Positions 57,581-64,000 of a stretch of DNA of 64,000 nucleotides are shown piece by piece. The DNA is from Lysobacterales bacterium (GTDB lineage Bacteria > Pseudomonadota > Gammaproteobacteria > Xanthomonadales > Xanthomonadaceae): NCBI GenBank assembly GCA_015655355.1, contig JAATFG010000082.1, forward strand, positions 12,874 to 76,873. The letters run 5' to 3'. A model generated the notes under the pieces. The model saw only the letters and a program-made list of their open reading frames with translations, was not told the DNA's origin and did no database searches. The translations under genes and the position numbers were made by a program. Position 1 is the first letter of the stretch. Each line of letters opens with the position of its first letter.

Positions 57581-58168
57581 ATGACCGATGAGCAGCAAGA
57601 CTTCCCGACTGGACGTGGGCATTGCGAAGCCGCCAATGCCGAACCGGCCGACAAGATGGAACAGATCCGCGAACTGATGTTCGGCGGTACCGTGCGCGAT
57701 TTCGACCGGCGCATGAAGGAACTGGGCGACCGCCTCGACGCCGAGCTGGCGCGGGCCACGTCGGCGCTTGACGCGCGCATCGGCGCGCTGGAAAGCCGCC
57801 TCGACACCCAACTGGAAAAGCTCACCACGCAACTGCGCGCCGAAAGCGCCGCGCGCCAGGGCGCGCTCGACGATCTCGAATCGCGGCTCAACCAGTCGCT
57901 GCGTACCCAGCGCAACGAGATCAACGCGGTGCTGCAGCAGCACGAGGACGCGGCCGGGGTGGCCGAGGCGCGCGCGCGCGACGCGCTGGCGCAATTCGAC
58001 GCCAAGACCGCGAACGCGCTGCAGCAGTTGCGCGACGCGCTGGCGACCGCGCGCACCGAACTGGGCGGCGAGAAGCTCGCGCGCGAAGATCTGGCCGACC
58101 TGATGGCCGAAGTCTCGCTGCGCCTGCGCGGCGCGCAGGACGTGGTCAAGTCCGGCGGCAAGCGCTGA
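57581..58168 (+). CDS. Uncharacterised coiled-coil protein
   Basis: EQIRELMFG start, heptad-rich helical body, KLAREDLADLM end. Confidence 0.8.
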   Translation: MTDEQQDFPTGRGHCEAANAEPADKMEQIRELMFGGTVRDFDRRMKELGDRLDAELARATSALDARIGALESRLDTQLEKLTTQLRAESAARQGALDDLESRLNQSLRTQRNEINAVLQQHEDAAGVAEARARDALAQFDAKTANALQQLRDALATARTELGGEKLAREDLADLMAEVSLRLRGAQDVVKSGGKR

Positions 58169-58214
58169 ATCTTCTTCTGCGCATGGATGGCCGGCTTCAT
58201 GAGTGGCAGCTTCC

Positions 58215-59753
58215 ATGAGCGGTGATTACGACCGTCTGCGCCAGTTGTTGCTCGAGGTCGAGCAACAACGCCTCGAAGCGCTGCAGGAGGATCTGCGCGA
58301 AACCAGCGATCGCGTGCCTGACCGCGTCGCCGAGGAAATCGAGCGCGGCCTGGGCGGGCAATCCTCGCGCCTCACCGCCGCGCTCGGCGAAGCCACCATC
58401 AGCGGCCTCGAACAGGCGGTGCAGCGCAAGCCGGAAACCGTGGTCAACGCGGTGTTCCCGGTGATCGGGCCGGCAATCCGCAAGTCGTTGCAGGAAGCGA
58501 TGCGGCAACTGTCCGCCGACATCGACCACAAGCTCAACGCCGCGTTGTCCGCGCAATCGTGGCAGTGGCGCATCGAGGCCTGGCGCAGTGGCGTGCCGTA
58601 TGCGCAGGTGGTGCTGCGGCACACCCTGGCCGGCAAGGTCGAGCACCTGTTCCTGATCCAGCCCGAATCCGGTCTGCTGCTCGGCCACGTCGCCGCGCCG
58701 AACATGCCGGAACTGGACGCCGACGCGATCGCCGGCATGTTCACCGCGATCCAGAGCTTCGTGCGCGATTCGGTGCAATCGAACGAAGGCGGCATCGGCA
58801 CCGCGACCGTCGGCGATTACCAGCTTGTGGTCAGCGAAGGCCCGCAGGCCAAGCTGGTCGCCTTCGTGCGCGGCGTGCCGCCGGCGGATTTCCCGGTGCG
58901 CCTGCACGAATTGAACGAAGCGCTGCACGCGCGCGCCGGCGCCGTGCTGCTCGAGCACGGCGGCACGACCGGCGACGGCGTGCTCGACGAGGCGGAATTG
59001 CAGGCGCTCAACGCGCACGACGAGGAAACCGCGCCGGCACCGAGATCGAACGCGGCGCGCCATGTGCTGATCGGTTTCGGCATCCTCGTTGCGGTCCTGC
59101 TGGCGTGGTGGATCGTGGTCACGCTGCGCTGGCACCGGCAGGTGGACGCGGTCCGCGCGCAACTTGATGCGATGCCCGGGGTGATGGTGACCCAACTGGA
59201 TGCCGGCCATCGCGGCAGGCTGCGCATCGAGGGCCTGCGCGATCCGCTTGCGCAGGACCCGCAAGCCTGGCTGCAGCGAACGCATCCGCAGGTCGTCGCG
59301 ACGTGGAAGCTGCGCGGCTATCTGTCGCTGGACCCGGAAATCGTCGCGATGCGCGACGGGCAGGCGGCAAAAGCGCGAATCCGGCCATTGCTCGAAACCT
59401 TGCAAGGCCTGACCATTCCCTTCGTCAGCGGCAGCGCCGCGCCGGACGCGGGTTGGGAAACGACGATGGAACAGATCAAGGCCACGCTGCGCCAGTTGCA
59501 GCAAATCGCCGGCAAGGATGCGCGACTCGACGTGCGTATCTCCGGGTTGACCGACGAAAGCGGCAGTGCCGACCAGAACGCGGCATTGCGGCTGCAGCGC
59601 GGGCAGTGGCTCGCCGATCAGCTGCGCGACGTGGTCCGATCGCCTTCGATGCTGGAGGTCGAAGCGGAGGCGGGCGATGTCGAAAGCTCGCGCGGCGCGC
59701 GGGCGATGGCGCGGATCGTGCCGTTGGCCACGCAAGCGGATGCGAAGCGATGA
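58215..59753 (+). CDS. Single-pass membrane protein with cytoplasmic helical and longin/roadblock-like region and C-terminal OmpA-like domain
   Basis: FPVIGPAIRKS; LFLIQPESGLLL...DADAIAGMFTAIQSFVRDS; TM segment VLIGFGILVAVLLAWW; GLRDPLA; GLTDESGSADQNAALRLQR. Confidence 0.78.
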   Translation: MSGDYDRLRQLLLEVEQQRLEALQEDLRETSDRVPDRVAEEIERGLGGQSSRLTAALGEATISGLEQAVQRKPETVVNAVFPVIGPAIRKSLQEAMRQLSADIDHKLNAALSAQSWQWRIEAWRSGVPYAQVVLRHTLAGKVEHLFLIQPESGLLLGHVAAPNMPELDADAIAGMFTAIQSFVRDSVQSNEGGIGTATVGDYQLVVSEGPQAKLVAFVRGVPPADFPVRLHELNEALHARAGAVLLEHGGTTGDGVLDEAELQALNAHDEETAPAPRSNAARHVLIGFGILVAVLLAWWIVVTLRWHRQVDAVRAQLDAMPGVMVTQLDAGHRGRLRIEGLRDPLAQDPQAWLQRTHPQVVATWKLRGYLSLDPEIVAMRDGQAAKARIRPLLETLQGLTIPFVSGSAAPDAGWETTMEQIKATLRQLQQIAGKDARLDVRISGLTDESGSADQNAALRLQRGQWLADQLRDVVRSPSMLEVEAEAGDVESSRGARAMARIVPLATQADAKR

Positions 59754-60265
59754 ACACGCAGGTTTCGAGCGCGCGGAAGGTGTGCCTGCTCGGCGATTTC
59801 GCCGTCGGCAAGACCAGCCTGGTCGCGCGTGCGGTGCGCAACACGTTTTCCGCCGCGTACCTGACCACCGTCGGGGTCAAGGTCGACAGCAAGGCGCTGG
59901 CGACCGAACGCGGCGAATTGCGCCTGGTGCTGTGGGACATCGCCGGGGCCAATGCGCTGGACCAGATGCGCAGCAATTACCTCGGCGGCAGCCACGGCCT
60001 GTTGCTGGTCGCCGACGGCACCCGCAGCGACAGCGTCGCGGTCGCGCTGGACCTGCGCGAACAGACGCAGCGCTTGTTGAATCGGGAACTGCCGGCGGTG
60101 CTGCTGCTCAACAAGCGCGACCTGGCCAACGAATGGGACGTGCCGCCGCCGCGCATCCGCGAACTCGAAGCGCAGTTGCCGACCTTCAGCACCAGCGCAC
60201 TCAGCGGCGAAGGCGTCGAGGCCGCTTTTTCCGCATTGGCCGCGGCCCTGCAGGCGGCGCAATGA
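59750..60265 (+). CDS. Ras/Rab-like small GTPase
   Basis: G1 GDFAVGKTS, G2 YLTTVGV, G3 WDIAG, G4 NKRD, G5 TSAL; 171 aa; ATGA coupling at both ends. Confidence 0.93.
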   Translation: MNTQVSSARKVCLLGDFAVGKTSLVARAVRNTFSAAYLTTVGVKVDSKALATERGELRLVLWDIAGANALDQMRSNYLGGSHGLLLVADGTRSDSVAVALDLREQTQRLLNRELPAVLLLNKRDLANEWDVPPPRIRELEAQLPTFSTSALSGEGVEAAFSALAAALQAAQ

Positions 60266-61398
60266 GCGTCGCGCGCCGCGTCACCGCGTCCTCGCCCGCC
60301 GCCGTGCGTGCTGCGCTCGCGCCGGTGGTGGTGAGCCTTGACGACGCGGGCGGGCTGCTCGACGTGGTCGGCGACCTGCGCCGTTTCCTCGCCGGCGACG
60401 GCGACGGCGACGAAGCCGAATTGCTGCAGCGCCTGCAGGACCTGCGCTTCGGCGCACAGGGCGCGCCGGAATTGCTGCAGGCGGTCGAATTGGCGCCGGA
60501 CCGCTACGCCGACGTGCACATCCTCGACGAAGGCGACAGCCATCATTTCGTCCTGCACGACGTCAGCGAGCTGATGCGCAGCGTGCGCCGCAGCCAGCAG
60601 GCCAGCCACGAACTCGCATTGCAGGAACAGCGCCAGCGCCGCGAATTGCGCCGGAAGAATCCGGTGCAGGCGCAACTGGCCGATTCCCTGCGCGAGTTCC
60701 GCCGCGGCGGCGCCCTGCTCGACGAGATGGTGCAGGGCATGCGCGCGCCGCTGGTGCTGTTGAGCGGGCACGCGCGCCTGCTCGAACAGCGCTTCCGCAA
60801 TGACCCGGCGGCGCTGCGTTCGATCGCGGCCATCCAACACGCCGCGGTGCGCCTGGACGCGATCGCGACCAACGGCCTGATCGGCCTCGGCGGCCTGTCC
60901 GCGTTGTCGGCGATGCCCGGCGCGCTGCAGTTGACCCAACTGGCGGGGTTGCTCGAACAGACCTTCGCCCTGCAGGCGCAGGCGCGCGGCGTCGCGTTCA
61001 AGGTGCAGGTCGCCGCCGAACGCGACAAGCGCGGTGATCTGCTGGTCGTCGACGACATCGCGCTGCGCCAGTTGCTGCTCAACCTCGTCATCCACGCGCT
61101 CGACGGCATCGACGCCGGCACCTTGAACGTGGCGCTGGCGCACAAGCCCGGCGCGCTCGAAATCGAGATCGCGCATGCGCCCAACGGATTCGCCGCCGAC
61201 CGTTTCGGTGCGCTGCTCACCACCAGCGAGCTGCTGCATTCGGACCCGCAGGCCAGTTTCAGTCTCGCGGTCAGCCAGCAACTGCTGCACGACTTGAACG
61301 GCGAAGTGGAATTGGTGGCGTGCAGGGACGGCGGCCATGCCTTGTGGCTGCGCCTGCCGACGCAAGCGGCACGGCCCGATGCCGGGGCCGTGCAATGA
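60262..61398 (+). CDS. Histidine-kinase-like protein with degenerate catalytic motifs (pseudokinase)
   Basis: PAS-like N-terminus, coiled coil, HisKA-like EMVQGMRAPL, HATPase-like LRQLLLNLVIHAL and SFSLAVSQQL. Confidence 0.75.
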   Translation: MSVARRVTASSPAAVRAALAPVVVSLDDAGGLLDVVGDLRRFLAGDGDGDEAELLQRLQDLRFGAQGAPELLQAVELAPDRYADVHILDEGDSHHFVLHDVSELMRSVRRSQQASHELALQEQRQRRELRRKNPVQAQLADSLREFRRGGALLDEMVQGMRAPLVLLSGHARLLEQRFRNDPAALRSIAAIQHAAVRLDAIATNGLIGLGGLSALSAMPGALQLTQLAGLLEQTFALQAQARGVAFKVQVAAERDKRGDLLVVDDIALRQLLLNLVIHALDGIDAGTLNVALAHKPGALEIEIAHAPNGFAADRFGALLTTSELLHSDPQASFSLAVSQQLLHDLNGEVELVACRDGGHALWLRLPTQAARPDAGAVQ

Positions 61399-62330
61399 GC
61401 GAAGGCATCGAGCTGTCCGACATGGCCACCTTCGTCGCGGTGGTGGAGACGGCGAGTTTCACCGAGGCGGCACGGCGCCTGCAGACGACCAAGTCGGTGG
61501 TCAGCCGGCGCATCGGCGAGCTGGAAAAAGTGCTGGGCGTGCCGCTGCTCGACCGTTCCTCGCGCAGCGTGCGCGCAACGGAGGTCGGCGCGGTGTACTA
61601 CGCCAAGTGCGTGCGCATCCTCGAATCGGTCGGCGCTGCGCACGATTTCGTCGCCGGCTACAGCAGCACGGTGAAAGGCCGCCTGCGCATCGCGCTGCCA
61701 CGCGAACTCGGCGCCGGTTCCTTGCCGCAATTGTTCAACGATTTCGCCGCCGCGTTTCCCGACGTGCTGCTCGACGTCGAGATCGGCGACCCGCAGGCGA
61801 ACCTCAGCGACAGCCATTTCGACGTGGCCCTGCGCCGCGGCAAGCTCGGCGATTCCAGCCTGGTGGCGCGCGCGATCACGGCGTACCGGCATTGGCTGTG
61901 CGCCAGCCCCACGTACCTGCGGCAGCACGCAACGCCGCAGGCGCCGGCGGACCTGGCGGCGCACGATGGCCTGATCGATGCCGACAATGATGCGCACGGT
62001 TACTGGACGCTGCTGGCCGGTGGCGGCGAGGCGCAGGTGATCCGCCCGCGCGAACGCCTGCGTTCGTCCAGCCCGGCGTATCTTCTCGAAGCGGCGATCA
62101 ATGGCCTGGGCATCGCGCTGCTGCCATCCCCCTTGGCGCTGCAATCCGTCCTCGATGGCCGCCTGCGCGTGGTCCTGCCGCAACACGCGCCGCTGGCCGA
62201 GCCTTTGTCGCTGGTCTACCCGCGTTCGCGCCGTGCTTCGCCGGCGGTGCAGAGCCTGCTCAATTTCTTCGCCGAACGCCTGCCGAACCCGGCGCCGTGG
62301 GACGCGCAGATCGAAGCGGCATCGAAGTAG
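61395..62330 (+). CDS. LysR-family regulator (CrgA/DmlR-like)
   Basis: FVAVVETASFTEAA, SVVSRRIGELE, FDVALRRG, CASPTYL; ATGA overlap with the upstream gene. Confidence 0.93.
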   Translation: MSEGIELSDMATFVAVVETASFTEAARRLQTTKSVVSRRIGELEKVLGVPLLDRSSRSVRATEVGAVYYAKCVRILESVGAAHDFVAGYSSTVKGRLRIALPRELGAGSLPQLFNDFAAAFPDVLLDVEIGDPQANLSDSHFDVALRRGKLGDSSLVARAITAYRHWLCASPTYLRQHATPQAPADLAAHDGLIDADNDAHGYWTLLAGGGEAQVIRPRERLRSSSPAYLLEAAINGLGIALLPSPLALQSVLDGRLRVVLPQHAPLAEPLSLVYPRSRRASPAVQSLLNFFAERLPNPAPWDAQIEAASK

Positions 62331-62552
62331 GCGCGCCGTTCGCGCGAGGCGAACGCTGGATTCGCCGCTACCCGATTCCATCCGTGACGGCCTTCACCAG
62401 AATGGAGGCCATGGAGCAGTTGCGTGCATCGCCTCGAAGGAACGAAGCGCTGCACATGCGGGCAAAGGTCGCGCCCGTACCCCGTGCGGCAGCCATTGAC
62501 GGCAGCCGCACGGGCAACTCCAGGGACGCTTCGCGTTGCTGGTCTCCACCGC

Positions 62553-62703
62553 TTCCGCCGGTACATCCCCTCCGGCGGGAACGGGCACGGAATTTCCCCG
62601 TCCGTGTCCAACCGGTGCCTGTCTTCCCCAAGCCGACAGGCGCCGTGGCTGCAACACCCCGCAGCCTCGACCGGGGGCCGGCATGCCGGCCCCCGGCTCT
62701 TTT
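62553..62703 (+). ncRNA. Candidate sRNA: four CCCC-loop hairpins plus terminator
   Basis: Stems at 62553-80, 62583-609, 62613-45, 62647-66 with loops UACAUCCCCU, AUUUCCCCG, UUCCCCAAGCC, AACACCCC; G-U pairs favour the + strand; 5' end unknown. Confidence 0.65.
62671..62703 (+). terminator. Rho-independent terminator
   Basis: Perfect 26-bp palindrome CCGGGGGCCGGCATGCCGGCCCCCGG followed by CTCTTTT. Confidence 0.75.
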
Positions 62704-62735
62704 CCGGGCGCGCGGCCAGCACGCGCCCGTGGCGT

Positions 62736-64000
62736 TCACGGGTTGGATCGTGCCTGCGCGGACTGCATCTGCGCGGCGAGGAAGGCGCGCAACGAGGCGG
62801 GCTTGACCGGCTTGGTCAGCAGGCGATAACCGCGCTCGCGCGCCTGCCGCTTCAGGTCGTCGCGGCCGTCGGCGGTGAGCAGCGCGCCGACGATCGGCTG
62901 GGCGCTGGCTTCGCGCAGCAGGTCGAGCGTTTCCAGGCCGTCGAGGCGATCGTGCAGGTGGTAGTCGACCAGCATTACCGTCGGCGCTTGCTTGATCTTC
63001 TCCAGCGCCTCGTCGACCGTGGTCGCGGTGAGCAGCTCGACCTCCCAGCGCCCGAGCAGGGCGCGCATGCCGTCGATGATCTCGCTGTCGTTGTCCACGC
63101 ACAGCACGCGCAGGCCTTCCAGGGTCTCCGCGCCGAGGTTGTCGATGCGCCGCTCCGGCTTGGGCCGGACGACGATTTCGGCGATGCGCGGCGCGGTGAT
63201 CGAGAACATGCTGCCCTTGTCGACCACGCTGCGCGCGTTCAACTCGTGGCCGAGCAGGCGCGAGATGCGCTGGCAGATCGAAAGCCCGAGGCCCAGGCCC
63301 TGTTCGCCCCAGTCGAACGCCTGCTGGTAGCGGTGGAACTCGGTGAAGATCTGCTGCATGTGCTGCGCGGGAATGCCCGGGCCGGTGTCCCACACCTGCA
63401 GTTCGACCTGGTCGCCGCGGGGCCTCGCGCCGAGCACGATGCGGCCCTTGCGGGTGTAGCGCAGCGCGTTGGCGATGAAGTTCTGCATCACCCGGCGCAG
63501 CAGGCGGCGGTCGCTGCGCACCGGCAGCAGGCCGGCGTGCACGCGCAGGGCGATGCCGCGGCCGGTGGCGATCGGCGCGTATTGCGCGGCCAGTTCGCGC
63601 AGCAGTTCGCCGGCGTCGAAATCGCTGATCTTGACGTGCTGGCCGCCGGCGTCGAGGCGCGACACGTCGAGCAGGCCGTCGAGCAATTCCTCGGCCGCGC
63701 GCAGCGAGGCGTCGATGCGCGCGCCGAGGTGCCGGCTTTCGTCGAGCGTGTTGCTTTCGCGCAGGGCGCTGGTGAACAGGCGCGCCGCGTTCATCGGTTG
63801 CAGCACGTCGTGCGAGATCGCGGCGAGGAAGCGCGTGCGCGATTGCTGCGCGGCTTCGGCTTCGCGGGTTCTTTCGGCGACGCGCTGTTCGAGGGTTTCG
63901 TTGGACACGCGCAGCGCGCGTTCGGCGTGGCGGAACGCGGTGATGTCGTTGTAGCTGGTGACGTAGCCGCCGCCGGGCAGCGCCTGCCCGCGCATCTCGA
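62736..64000 (-). CDS. Hybrid sensor histidine kinase/response regulator (NahK/ErcS/CrbS-like), 5' end outside window
   Basis: PAS end GGYVTSYNDIT, H-box ISHDVLQPM, NFIANA, DTGPG, GLGLGL, REC domain VDND...LVDYHL...KP. Confidence 0.93.
   Translation of the reverse strand, partial: EMRGQALPGGGYVTSYNDITAFRHAERALRVSNETLEQRVAERTREAEAAQQSRTRFLAAISHDVLQPMNAARLFTSALRESNTLDESRHLGARIDASLRAAEELLDGLLDVSRLDAGGQHVKISDFDAGELLRELAAQYAPIATGRGIALRVHAGLLPVRSDRRLLRRVMQNFIANALRYTRKGRIVLGARPRGDQVELQVWDTGPGIPAQHMQQIFTEFHRYQQAFDWGEQGLGLGLSICQRISRLLGHELNARSVVDKGSMFSITAPRIAEIVVRPKPERRIDNLGAETLEGLRVLCVDNDSEIIDGMRALLGRWEVELLTATTVDEALEKIKQAPTVMLVDYHLHDRLDGLETLDLLREASAQPIVGALLTADGRDDLKRQARERGYRLLTKPVKPASLRAFLAAQMQSAQARSNP

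Noticed and set aside
59750-60265. MglA or Roc/COR assignment
   Set aside because: Lacks the MglA GxxxSGKTTN and TVPGQ signatures, and no COR or LRR domains are attached
62553-62666. tRNA or riboswitch
   Set aside because: No cloverleaf, T-loop or aptamer consensus, and no downstream co-oriented gene to regulate
62216-62829. Several short ORFs in the lysR-kinase intergenic region
   Set aside because: Pro/Arg-rich, overlapping neighbours, no motifs; RNA structure explains the region better

Overview
GC-rich bacterial chromosomal window. Gene content and order point to Lysobacteraceae/Xanthomonadales (inference). About 57 protein-coding genes; I recognised no rRNA, tRNA, CRISPR array or transposase. 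Housekeeping and metabolic genes include gltBD, sodA, a fused indolepyruvate oxidoreductase, frmA-fghA, zapE, zwf-pgl, hglS, an RND pump and a cytochrome c5. Several accessory modules stand out. (1) 57.6-62.3 kb: five co-oriented genes, the last four translationally coupled, encoding a coiled-coil protein, a membrane protein with a possible longin/roadblock-like cytoplasmic domain and OmpA-like periplasmic domain, a Rab/Ras-like small GTPase, a degenerate histidine pseudokinase and a LysR regulator. (2) 33.5-38.9 kb: an uncharacterised envelope cluster of a TlpA-type thioredoxin, two paralogous secreted proteins, two DUF6644-like membrane proteins, a DUF6152-like protein with mature N-terminal His-His, and a cytochrome c'-like lipoprotein. 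(3) 62.55-62.70 kb: a candidate sRNA with four CCCC-loop hairpins plus a terminator. (4) 48.2-53.6 kb: an ECF sigma factor and Ser/Thr kinase upstream of a mosaic collagen-containing trimeric autotransporter. (5) 16.9-17.4 kb: a ParDE-type toxin-antitoxin pair with both genes broken. Family names come from motif recognition by eye, not database searches.
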